Shown here one piece after another: positions 1 to 11,289 of a DNA stretch of 64,000 nucleotides. Every line of letters begins with the position of its first letter. Within the stretch, counting starts at the first letter, position 1. The notes below the pieces were generated by a model, which saw nothing but the letters and a program-made list of their open reading frames with translations, was not told the origin of the DNA and ran no database searches. This DNA is from Octopus sinensis (lineage: Eukaryota): assembly GCF_006345805.1 (NCBI RefSeq), contig NC_043010.1:43648001-43712000 (forward strand), given 5' to 3'. Position numbers and translations under genes: made by a program.

Positions 1-3000
1 CTAGTGATCTTCGACTGCGGTAGGATGGATGCTACTTGTTGATTCTGCTTCAAGAACGTTTCCACGAAACAAAACACATCAACATTTTGAAGAGTGTTGT
101 CCGCTTTCAAGTCTTGTTCATGTTCAAAGTAGGACCTGATATTGAGCAGTCTGATCTGCAGTCCTCCGTGAGAAACTCTGGGAGCATCAGAAGGCAAAGT
201 TTCAGACAACGTTTGCTGTCGAAGCCTGTCGATTTCAAGAACAACAGATGGAATAGTGCGGATTGCACTGACATCAAATCCAAGCAAGAAGAGGCCACTC
301 AAGTGTTGGACACGACTCAAGGCAAAATACGCCTGACCAGGCATGAAGGAACCTTTTCCTTGCATGGCAACAACAATCTTATCCATGGTCTTGCCCTGGA
401 CTTTATGTATGGTGCAACCCCAGGCCAGTGAGAGAGGAAATTGCGAACGCTTTGCCTCCACAGATCGTCTACCCCTCCCGGCATAGAACTGAACATCCAG
501 TCGTTTGATGGGAACTACTCCCGGGAATGACTTCTTGTACTGGTTGTCAGCGATGGCCTGCTTACCTACCCGTTCACTGTTAAATTTGACGAGGATTGTA
601 TGGACGTCACTACCGGTGTTGTCGATCCCAACATCTGTGCCACAGATGCCATTTGCCAGACCGTCAGAGACGTCTATGTTGACAGGTATCATCACTCTAG
701 CGCTAACTGCTACAGACACTACTTCCCTGGGGCCGCCAGTGTCTGACGCCTTAGTGGAAATGGTAACATCAATAAGGCCAGTCTGGACGCCTTTCTTTTT
801 GGTCGATAGCTTTGATGTCATAAATCGGATCAAGCAGCTTGAGGTGTTCTGTGTTGTGTTCATCAATCTCTTTGTTCGTCTTAAACATGTGAAGGGTGCT
901 CACTGGGTAGTCAGTGTCTTCTTTCTTTGGCGATGACTCTGGTCTTAAGCAAGGTTATATCATCTTCCGTGCAGGTGGCTGTCCTGACCCTCATCAACAA
1001 TTGGGCAAAACGTTGATCGTCCTTTTGTCGCATGCTCTCTGTGAGTTCCATCAATTTGAAATTTTCCTCCCACAGAGATCCATGCAAACGGGTGTAGTTG
1101 TCTCTCGGGAGGCCAAAGACGTGATTCTGGCCTACAGGTTGCAGTTGGTAGAGATCCCCAACGGCCATCACACTGACTCCTCCAAATCGGGAATCTTGGT
1201 CAGAGTTCCCACAGATGTATTGGAGTCGGCGATGGATGTAGTTGAGGAAGTCAGCTCCAACGAAACGAACATGAAGCTCTGAGCGATTACCCGACACCTC
1301 TGGAGCTAGATAGACATTTCTTAATTGATCTTCCTGTGGGAGCTCCCTTTCTTGTACAACACCTTCGTTTTCTTCTTCTGCATGTTGGAACTCCACATTT
1401 GGGGCCACAGCATCCCAGGCATCCTCGGGAGGACTCATCCTTTTCAAATCGTCATAGGCTCTGTCCAGTTCATCAGCGTTAACACTGAACATGGCTTCGT
1501 TAGAATGGATAGTAGCTTCGACGCTTTCGTAGTGTTCTTGGTAGATGGATAGTCAACTTTCAAATCAATTTCTTCATCTCGCCATGGATAGTAAAGAATC
1601 AACAGGTTCCTGTATCTGCCTTCTCCTTCCTTCTTTTCTTTGTGGAACCTTATGATGCAGCGGTAGAGCGATAACTTTCGCGAGTTTGTCTGCAATTTCT
1701 TCGGTATCTGAGTTATTGCCACCACCTTCGATGTCATCACATCCGTGTAAAACATCAGAGATGTGGTCAGCTGCATCATCAGGAGCATCTTTTCCTCCAA
1801 TTGTGTAAGTGGCTGCAAATTCTGCAAAGCACATATCTTCGAGGGCATCAGGTCGCATGGCACAGCGGTCAAAGGGTGACTTACAAAAGATATCTTCATC
1901 GTCTTCGTCCATACCTTCAAGGATCTTCTGCGGCTTAAGCATGGACACACCTTTGCCTTTTGGTGCAGTGTTGATAAACACCACTTTTCGCCTGGCCCTC
2001 TTCAGTGGCAAGGAGAGGATCCTGTAAGCAGCCTCCTGAGCACTAACTTCCTTGTTGTTCAGAAAAACTGATCCTACTTTTCTCAGATTTGATTTCAAGT
2101 CTTCACCTCTGCTTTCTTCAGCTACTTTTCTCAGCAGTTCACTCATAGCCCTCTCGCTTTTCATCATGATGCACGAGTATAGGTCCATGATGAACAGCAG
2201 GTCTATGTTGGCACGCCAGGTTTTAAGGATCTTCGGACACCTGTTTCCCCGATTTCACTAGTTTCACTACACCCTGGTATTCCTGCGGGTTTACATCAGC
2301 CTTTTGCAAGAAATCTTCGAAGGAAGTATCCTCGGGAACGTCCTTGTCTTCCATGACATCGCTGACATTTTTGAAGATATCCGCTTTAGCGTTGAGCATG
2401 AGCTTTGCAACTATAAAGTTGTCTACCTCAGGCTGGTGAGCAATCACAATTTCAGAAGAGGGTTAATGAGGGAAATGGAATCTACATGATCCACCTTTCT
2501 TCGGCATGTTGTTGAGTGCACATGCTTCTGAAGAGAGAGAACGACCTGTCTCAAATCGCTCTCTTCTTCCCCTGGAATGACACGTCTGGTGCTGGTCGAT
2601 GAATGCCGCGATTTCTTCATCAATGTTCACATCAAGTTTCGGCGCATCTTTAATCTACTAGCACGCCAATGGGATGTGCCCTTCCATCCATGAACTCTTT
2701 GAAGAATATGTCCAATCTGTGTTTGAACTGTCAGGCTGCTGTAACTGGGTTGCATCTGAGCCAGTTGCACTTTTGCTCCCACGGCATTTTCCTGATGTCA
2801 TCAGCTGTCAGCTCTTTTCCATACTGATGAGCTATACTCTTGATGACTTCTGGCCACTGCATGTCAGCTGCTGACAGGGTAAGGAACCACGTGGGAATTT
2901 CAAGTTGCCGCACCATGGCAAGCAAATCTAGCAATACAGTATTCCAGTATGCAGGAGAACCTCGAATGTCCTTCATGAACTTGAAAGCGGCGTCGGTGCG

Positions 3001-3600
3001 AAGCATAGCCGGAACATTTTCAGTGATCTTCATAAGTCCTGCATTTACCTTTCTATTTTGAAAACGTCTGTCCTCGTGTCTGCCTCAGAGATATTTGAAT
3101 ATCATCGCGGACTTGCTTGCCTTCTATAGCATACTGGGCTGCAAGAAGGTAGTCAATATTGCTGGCAACTCTCCCGTCTTTGTTCAGTAGCCGCTGATTG
3201 AAGTATTTTCCTGGCGTTATCTTCTTTTCTCTCTCCTCAGACAGTCCTGGAAGGATTTGCCAACTCTTCAAAGTTTCTGTCTGTGAGGAAAGGGCAGGGC
3301 TTTTGGTTTTCCCTTGGAGCCGCAGAAAACGTGGTGTTCTTCTTGCAGCAATGTGTCATATGGAATGCCTCGCAATTTGCTTGTCTGCTCAAGTGAATCC
3401 TGTCTTTCTCATCTTCCAGCGCTTGTGTTTTCTTTCTGCCTTCTGTTTCCTGAGTGAACCGAGACTTGGCATCATCTAGTGCTACATAATGCTCCTCACC
3501 TATCAGCCCAATTGTTATTGTCCTCTCGCTTCTTTGTCCTCGAGGATGAATATCATGTGGCCATTCAGGAGGGTAGTGTTGATGACCTCGATGTTGAGAT
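1..3600 (-). mobile_element. Decayed Helentron (Helitron2) transposase region: OTU-like remnant, Rep, Pif1-like helicase and AP-endonuclease. It is 5'-truncated at ~3600 and runs off the window start.
   Basis: Minus-strand translations across frameshifts give Helitron_like_N motifs (LRGIPYDTLLQ, FEELANP, KYFNQRLLNKDGR, IRGSPAYW, PTWFLTLSAADMQWPE, LRCNPVTAA). Rep motifs are KHVHSTTCRRKGGSCRFHFP, WRANID and EVSAQEAAYRIL. Pif1 motifs are FGGVSVMAVGDLYQLQPV, LTESMRQKDD, SQFPLSLAWGCTIHKVQG and GQAYFALSRV. An EEP endonuclease start (LLNIRSY...DVFCFVETFL) follows. The region is visibly more GC- and CpG-rich than its flanks. Confidence 0.93.
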
Positions 3601-3812
3601 TCCTAAATTCTTAATTCCTTACTACTAACCCTCTCTCTGCCCCATCACTTAGACTCTATCACTACACATTTGTCACTCCTTTACCTTTTATCACCCTCCC
3701 CCATTCCTTCTATCTTTTTACACTCTAATACCTTTCTCTCTCTATCATCCTTTATCTCCCCACTCCTACTTTCGAATTTTTCTCCACTGACCACTTTCCC
3801 TTATCTATATCT

Positions 3813-4035
3813 AAGCTGGCAGAAATGTTAGCACGCCGGGCGAAATGCTTAGCGGTATTTCGTCTGCCGTTACGTTCTGAGTTCAAATTCCGCCGAGGTC
3901 AACTTTGCCTTTCATCCTTTCGGGGTCGATAAATTAAGTACCAGTTATGCACTGGGGTCGATATAATCGATTTAATCCGTGTGTCTGTCCTTGTTTGTCC
4001 TCTCTGTGTTTAGCCCCTTGTGGATAGTAAAGAAA
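3813..4035 (+). mobile_element. tRNA-derived SINE family A. Other copies: ~10080(+), 11800-12025(-), 13683(+), 19515 and 19665-19890(-), 28905-29120(-), 63925(-).
   Basis: Shared agctggcagaa...gagttcaaattccgccgaggtcgactttgcctttcatcctttcggggtcgataaa. B-box-like GAGTTCAAATTCC. Confidence 0.9.
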
Positions 4036-5869
4036 TATATATCTTTGTTTTTCTTTTTGCTTTTTTTCCTTTATTCCTCTCTTCCTGTTTCATATTTTAT
4101 TATTATTATTATATTCTTACTTTCTTCTCTTTTCTCTCCTTTTTCTCTTTCTTTATTCTTCTCTTCCTGTTTTCGATTTGACCCTACTAATACACTCCTA
4201 ATTTTAGGTCACTTTAAATAAAACCCTTGATTCAATAACACTGGGTATAAACTCTATACTTGGAATGACCAATTTTAAATACTATTGGATTTTACTCATA
4301 AGGTATTGGAATCTTATCTGTATACCATTCTGCCTAAAAAAATAGATCTACAAATACAATATCCCTACACATCTCACATCTATTTTCTCTCCTCCACCTC
4401 ACTCTCTATTTTGTATCTTATCTAAATTAACTATTACTTAACCACCCTCTCACACCGTCTCCAATGAAAAGATATAATAAATATCCTCGAAACAGCTGTA
4501 AGACCTTCTATCTATAAATGTTCTAAAATCTACACAGCCTTGGTTTTTTATCTCATTACAAAAAAAAATTTTATATATATATATATTATACAATGTATGT
4601 ATATAACCTCATATATACACATGCATATTTATATACATCAATGCATATGCATACATATATGTGTGTATGCATGTGTGTGTCTGTCTGTCTGTACCTGAGT
4701 GCATGTTTGTGTATGTGTGTGAATGTGCATGTACACATGTTTGTTTACATTTCTTAGTTCGATGAAATCAGTGTTGTTGAACAATGTCCTAAATATATAA
4801 ATGTTATGTGAACAATAATATTTTGAAAACAAAAGAATTTAAAACTTAATAGTCAGAATAATTACAAAGTTGAAAGAGAATAGTAAAAAGGGCAAAGGAC
4901 TTTATTTTCAATGTATAAGAAATTCAATTAACTTAAATTGCAAAATATTCATCAGCCAATTTGGAAGTACCTAAAACTATGGTTCTTGCAATGCTTAATC
5001 CACATACCATAATAAATTAGTACAGAATCAAATTGTCTTATTAAGTTAAAAAAATCATGAATGTTTAAAAAGTTGTTATCTTGATCAGATGTGCAAAGGA
5101 CAATTTTAGGTTGATAACATGTGTGACAGAAAAATGTTAGGCATATGTCTGGTACACTTATACAAGTGGAGAAGTATACTAGAAATGCAAGATGATAAAG
5201 AAGGAGGTAACCCTAACCCTAACCTTTCTCCTTTGAAATGGTGGAAGTGAGGGTGATGGTTGTTAATCATAACACACAGGTCAATAAAATATCACTGGCA
5301 GGTACCTCCAATGAAATTCATGTTATTTCTATCAACTCAAGCCAGACTCATGGTTTCCCCACATTTTTTTCTTATGCAGCTACTGACCAACAGAAAGTTC
5401 AGATTGAAACATCACCACATTAGTCTCACCAGTTTGATTTGGGTCTGAAATGATTATGGCCACTACTTCTTTCTTGATTAACCTAAAAGCAAAGAGTGGT
5501 TGTTGGCAGAGGAAAAGATTGTTCCTTGTGAGGATAGAATACGTGATTGTATGTTTCCACGGACAGAGGTAGATCATCATAAACATGGAAAAATTTTAAA
5601 GTTTAGTGAGGATAAGAGCTAGCCTAGTAGTACATTTTCTGAGGATAGTGAAAGGATTTGTTGCCTAAGCCTAAAATGCTATGTAACATACACATCATCA
5701 TCATCATCGTTTAATGTCTGCCTTCCATGCTGAACTACTTCAATTACATTTCCATATACTTATGTCATCTGCTCAAAAGACAACTGATAAATGGTCTTGT
5801 TCCCAGTTAGGAAAATGGCAAAATACATTATTTCAACCAGGAAACCCTGAGTAGCTGTATTTAACAAGA

Positions 5870-6050
5870 TTTCTGGTCTTTTATTATAATATGAACAGGT
5901 TGCGGTCTTAAAGCGACGAAAATATTTTGACAAATTAAACTTAAATGTTGAAGTGAATCGAACGGCTTTTGTGTGTTTCTTAAATGGCTTACAAACACCT
6001 TCCATGCTGCACAATTGTTTTTGTTTCAGCACACGATCTCAGATCAAATC
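5870..6050 (-). repeat. Interspersed repeat with an inverted copy at ~37735-37890
   Basis: ttgaagtgaatcgaacggcttttgtgtgtttcttaaatggcttacaaacacc matches the reverse complement of ggtgtttgtaagccatttaagaaacacacaaaagccatttgattcacttcaa. Confidence 0.8.
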
Positions 6051-6986
6051 ACTTGCTATGCAAGTACATCTCCGTAATATCTTTACTCTCTTAGCTGATT
6101 GAGTGCTTTTCTACTTGTTGAAGCCTTAACAAATAATACTGTATATATTAAGCCCCTACAAATCCCAATACAGTCACCAACTTCATCCTATGCATCACTA
6201 TCGTAAATACCACAGTATTGTTAATAATTCAATGCCAAATCCAGTAATAATAATTGTAAATAAACTTGCTTCACAACTTTGTGGTTTGGAGTTCCATCTC
6301 ACCACATGATGCCTTGAGTGTCTTCCATCATAACTTCATACTAACCAAAATATTGCAAGTGAAATTTAGTATATGGAAACTGCAAAAACCCATCAAAAGG
6401 ATCATTCTTGTTTTGCAATTGTAGACTTAATCTGTCACTCAGTTTAACTGCACCACAAAGCCCAGAGATGCTTTTAGTAGAGTCCACTCACATGCAATTT
6501 TTTCAAGCCAAATACCTAGTCTGAGAATAACTTATTCCTATCAGTCTCAAAGGCCCTGAAGGTCATTGGTACAATCCTTCCTCTTCCAACTAAATCATAA
6601 TTTTTTTTTTTATAAAAAGGAGACATGTTCTAAACACCATTCTTCACAGCCACATAACCAAACACTGCATTGTATACAAACTGATGTTCAATACATCAAT
6701 GATACAAGTCCTGTCAGCTACTCCTAACAGCTGATCAGCCACTTCTCCATACCATAGATTTATTTGAGCAGAGGTAACCGATATTACTTAGTATCACATT
6801 CTAACTGCCATACTGCACATTATTAACATACCCTGACTGTCACATTGCATGTCACACAACCAGCCACTGTGTATGGTGTGGTCCAGACTAGATTGAAGTA
6901 TGTCCAGTTGAAAGGGTGTGTAAGCTGCTGTCAAGTATTTCATAGGTTACCTCAACAGGTAGTTGCTTACAAGCAACTGGCTGGAG

Positions 6987-8336
6987 TTAGTGAATAACAG
7001 CACCTGGATCAACAACATTAGTTTCTAGATCAATATCGTTTGTAATCATATTGGTAACAGTAGCTGGATCACATACATTTACCTGTAGGTTGGTGATGTT
7101 GGTATCTGAATCAGTGATGCTGGGACTAGGATTGATGATATTTGTATCAGGATCAGAGACACCAACTTCTTGATGAGTAATACTTGATTCTGATCCAGTA
7201 ACATTTTCACTTGGATCAGTTGGATTATCAACAGGATTGACGACATCAACAACTGGGACAGTGAGATTGGTCACAATGGAATCTTGATTCACATCATTGT
7301 CATTAGAAGTAGTAACAGTAACATGTGGAGCAGTGACATTAATACATGAATCAGCAACTGAGAAATTTAGGTTTTTGATTGAGTCACACGGATCAATAAC
7401 ACCTGGATGAGTAATTGAGGTGCCAAGATCAGTAACATCTGCATGAGTGACAGCAATACCTAAGTTTGTAACTGGGACACAGAGATCAGTGATTGGGAGG
7501 TTGAGGTTATTAATAACAACACCTAGATCAGTCACAGTGACACCAGAGTTCGTAATAGTGACACTTGATGCTTCACTGACTGGCACATCCAGACCAGAGA
7601 TAACAACACCAAGATTATTTACAGCAGCAGTTGAATCAATAACACCTGTTACAGCATTTGAATCCCTGACCGGAACACTTGTATTATTAATATTAGAAAC
7701 ATCTGGATCAGAGGTAGCACAGTTCATGTCATCAGTTTGAGTATCTGGGTTAGAGATAACAATTGGATTAGTATCAGAATTCTCTGCACTCACATCCATC
7801 ATTGTAACACCAGGCTGAGTGACAGTAGTAAGAGACGGTAGGTAGCTAGATGGTGAATGATTCTCTTCAAATTGGTCAGAGACAGGAACAGGATTCTCAG
7901 GAGACAGCATCCAGGAAGAGGAAGTTGAGAGAGGTTCAGTAGTTGAAAGTTTTACACCAAGTGTTGACTGAACACTTGGTGATGAAGATTTAGTATCACT
8001 GCAGCAAGTCCAAGAGAGTGTCTCATTGACAGTATCAACAGCAACGTTTGACTCACAAGTGGTTTGTACCCTTGGTGACTTAAGTTTGGACAAATGAGTG
8101 TCACAGAGTAACTTTAGTTCTTCCATCTCCAAACAGACAGCAACTGTTCGCAACTGAGTCAAGATCTGTGGGTCAACATCTAGAATACCATTATACATGT
8201 AATCAGCAAAAGCATCCAGAGCAAGCTGGCTGATCCTTTTAGGGAAATTGACCCGCAGGAATTGACTTGAAGATATATCAGCACTTGGCATGGAAAGCAG
8301 TTTGGGACACATTGCCAACAAGACCACCTTGTGAAC
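6987..8336 (-). CDS. THAP-BTB gene, last coding exon: remainder of BTB plus a long Thr/Val/Asp/Ser-rich low-complexity tail
   Basis: Acceptor ttttgttttcctag|GTTCAC (phase 0). VHKVVLLAMCPKL...ALDAFADYMYNGIL...LEMEELKLLC is a typical BTB core. Open for 1350 nt to TAA at 6987-6989. Confidence 0.92.
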   Translation of the reverse strand, partial: VHKVVLLAMCPKLLSMPSADISSSQFLRVNFPKRISQLALDAFADYMYNGILDVDPQILTQLRTVAVCLEMEELKLLCDTHLSKLKSPRVQTTCESNVAVDTVNETLSWTCCSDTKSSSPSVQSTLGVKLSTTEPLSTSSSWMLSPENPVPVSDQFEENHSPSSYLPSLTTVTQPGVTMMDVSAENSDTNPIVISNPDTQTDDMNCATSDPDVSNINNTSVPVRDSNAVTGVIDSTAAVNNLGVVISGLDVPVSEASSVTITNSGVTVTDLGVVINNLNLPITDLCVPVTNLGIAVTHADVTDLGTSITHPGVIDPCDSIKNLNFSVADSCINVTAPHVTVTTSNDNDVNQDSIVTNLTVPVVDVVNPVDNPTDPSENVTGSESSITHQEVGVSDPDTNIINPSPSITDSDTNITNLQVNVCDPATVTNMITNDIDLETNVVDPGAVIH

Positions 8337-8844
8337 CTAGGAAAACAAAAAATGAAGAAAAGTAAATATGCATATACACATGTTCTTTAGTTTGTTTTGG
8401 CCATCATGGCCAAGGCTATGCTGGCTCTAAAATGTATATGAAATAGAGAGAGAGAAAAGGGGGATGTGCATATTGCATGCATGACAGAGTTAGAAACATG
8501 CCCCAAATAATAATTTGCTATTTAATCAGGATAAAAAAAAAAACATAAAAGAAGCCTGTTGAGAACTGGAAACTACATAATAAAATTTCAAGGATTCCAA
8601 CATCTGTAGATAATACTCTGGTGCTATTTGATGAAGGTTTTGCTATTTCTAACATGTAAGCAAGTTGATACTCCCTTGTTGACTCAACTTTGTGCAACAA
8701 GATTCAAAGATGCCAGTATAATAAACCTGTATACAAACATATAATATGTAGTTCCAGATTCATTGACTTGGATGGTCATGGCTGAAATGATTTTAATCAA
8801 AGATCTCCTTGGTCTTAATGGAGCAATTGCATTTTTATAAAGCA

Positions 8845-9148
8845 CTAGCAGTATCGCCTGGCGTTGATCGGGTTTGTAAGGGAAATAACTATATAAACAT
8901 TTTTAGAGAGTTACTTCCCTTATATAAACCGAGCAAAAAATGCATTGAAAAACGAAAAAACGATGGTAAATTTTTTTTTAAATCGTAGACTCATCGTAGA
9001 CGCACACTAATACTCAGAAGGGCTCAATATGAATCACGACTATAAGATACCCCCTTTTGGTTAAACTGCACCGCAAAATGTGAGAGTAGTTAGGAATCTA
9101 AATCGGAGGAGACAGACTCTCACACAACTTCAGTTTTATATATAAAGA
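8845..9148 (-). mobile_element. Non-autonomous Helitron in the last intron of THAP-BTB
   Basis: On the minus strand: 5' TC, 3' hairpin (cccgatcaacgccagg) plus CTAG, inserted at A|T. Homologous to the 40226 copy. Confidence 0.85.
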
Positions 9149-9252
9149 TATGTGAACTGCACTCTGCAAAACCACATAAACATATCAGAGACCATCATGA
9201 ATGCAAAAATGTCATTATACTCACCACTCCAATCTTCATATTGCCAACTTAC

Positions 9253-9400
9253 CATTATTGTAGCATTCTCATTACCAATGCCAGCATCACAGAATTTGCC
9301 ATCTTTCCAAAGCAATGCAAGGTTGTGCAACATACTGCGTGGATGACTTGCAACAATGTACACCTTCTTCAGTCGTTGTGGCTGTTCATTTCTATCATCA
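9253..9400 (-). CDS. THAP-BTB gene, coding exon 5, start of the BTB domain
   Basis: Acceptor atatttgcag|T (phase 2). Translation DDRNEQPQRLKKVYIVASHPRSMLHNLALLWKDGKFCDAGIGNENATIM matches the BTB N-terminal 'H...L..L....FCD' pattern. Donor ATG|gtaagt. Confidence 0.88.
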
Positions 9401-10504
9401 CTGCAAATATTGGGTGTTTTTTCTTTAATAATATATTTATGGGTGTACAAGAATATAAGTGTGAAAAAGCAGTGTGTGCTGAATTAAATATGATTTCAAT
9501 TGCTAGGGTGCACACGCACACATGCACACACCCATACACACACACACACACCACACACACACACACACACACACCCACATACACACAGCTACTTGGTACA
9601 TCTCTTATTTCTTTAGAATTAAACAAATAAGGAAAAAAAACTCTTCCTCTAAGTAGGACACCGGTCCATCATAAGCTGAGAAGAGATAGAAATAGTGGTA
9701 ATAAGGTGACTGGGTGGGCCCTCAAGGTATGGAAAGAAGGAAACCAGGACTGTAGGTGAGTAGAGCTTGCAAGAGAGTATTAGAGAGTAAGAGATGGGGA
9801 ATGGAGAATAAGTGTTGAAGGATGGATGTAATGAATGGTGGATAAGAAGGGTCCAATGATGTAGGAAGGTAAAGAACAGCAGAATAGTAATGTCGGTATA
9901 GTAAGTAGGGGGAGTAGGAGAAGGATGAGAATGTACCAGCACACTGATGCTACTGGTACAGAAGCCAAATCCTTTGCTAGTCTTAACTCCTTACTCCAAC
10001 TTCTTTCATCCCCTACTCACATTCCAAACCAGCACCCACCCACCCCCACCAAACATTCTCAATATCATTTTTATCTCTAAGGCAGCAACCTGGCAAAAAC
10101 GTTAGCACACCAGGCGAAATGCTTAGCAGTATTTCTTCTGTCCTTACGTTCTGAGCTCAAATTCCGCCGAGGTCGACTTTGCCTTTCATCCTTTCAGAGT
10201 CAATAAATTAAGTACCAGTTGCAAACTGGGGTCGATCTCTCAGAGATAACTTCTCTCTAGATGAGGTCCTCCTCTCCTTTAAAGAATGATATAACCTCTT
10301 TGAAAACAATTTCTTCCTTTCACCCTTTAGCATTCAGATTACTCTATTAAATATAATGATCATTTCTTCATATTGTTTTGAATTAATCATGCATTATCTC
10401 ACAGCTTTGAGATGTTGAAGATATAGTTGTTTATTTTTAGAATGACATTGTAGGATAAGTGTGAGAGGCCAGATCTGATTGTTTTAAACATAAAACAGCT
10501 AGAA

Positions 10505-10740
10505 TCATCATCTTCATCATCCTTTAATGTCTGTTTTGCATGTTGGCATGGATTAGACGATTTGACCAGAGCCATTAAGACAGAGAGTTGCACAAGGTTC
10601 CAGCCTGATTTAGCTTGGTTTCTATGGCTGGATGCCCTTCCTAATGCCAACCACTTTACAGTGTGTAGTGAGTGCTTTTAATGTGGCACTGGCATGAGCA
10701 CTTTATGTGGCGCTGGTATGAGTGCTTTTAAGCAGTACTT
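10505..10740 (-). mobile_element. RTE-tail short element. Related copies lie at ~12360, 20090, 30120, 31765, 32905, 36910 and 41005.
   Basis: Shared motifs catcatc...tttaa...ccatgctggcatggg and ggctggatgcccttcctaatgccaaccac. Confidence 0.75.
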
Positions 10741-10915
10741 TTAGCCAAATATGGACAGTTTAAAGGATTAAATAATGTACCCTTCTCGAAAACAGAGCTC
10801 CTATCAAAAATAAGATTTGTTCTGTAGACAACAATCCCTCACACATTTTACACAAGATCACATTAAGCAAAAATGATTTCCATCACAATAAATGAAAAAA
10901 CATAATTCAACAAAC

Positions 10916-11289
10916 CTATTCTGAAGTTTACCAGACACTTTTTCATGTTGACTGGAAGAATCTTCTCTAGTCGTTGGTGAAATCTGAGATGTTGCACAAA
11001 TCTGCTTCCGCATCTTACAAGACTTCTCTCCTTGTAACAAATCTGAAGACATAGACAAATTTGGGGACACTGCTACAGCTAGTGATGAACTTTGTCTTGT
11101 TGATATACTGTTGCTTTCACATCCCATAGCTGACTTTTTGGCATTTAGATCTTTACAAGCAACATTATTTACAGTTGTATTATCCTTTGAAGCCAACGTA
11201 AGCTTATTGTTTGCAGCTGCTTCAGACAGGTTAGCAGTAAGTGTACTGTCTGGTACATCAAGTACTTTCTGACTAGATCCAATGGTTGT
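10916..11289 (-). CDS. THAP-BTB gene, coding exon 4, Ser/Thr-rich linker
   Basis: Acceptor tgttttcag|ACAACC (phase 0), in frame with ORF 10858..11196. Donor AATAG|gtttgt (phase 2) is the one compatible with the next exon. An alternative donor G|gtaaac lies at 10932. Confidence 0.72.

Noticed and set aside
1-4. CTAG at the very start of the window as a possible Helitron 3' terminus
   Set aside because: It lies inside the open endonuclease frame (..SKIT-R/S) with no adjacent hairpin, so it is only the window edge.
36-1282. Plus-strand ORFs (36..431, 505..936, 914..1282)
   Set aside because: Antisense shadows of the GC-rich minus-strand Helentron coding sequence.
5208-5224. (TAACCC)n telomere-like motif, with a degenerate version at ~46670-46730
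   Set aside because: Fewer than 3 clean units, which is too short to call an interstitial telomere.
7447-7740. Plus-strand 97-aa ORF
   Set aside because: Antisense shadow of the repetitive BTB-exon tail.
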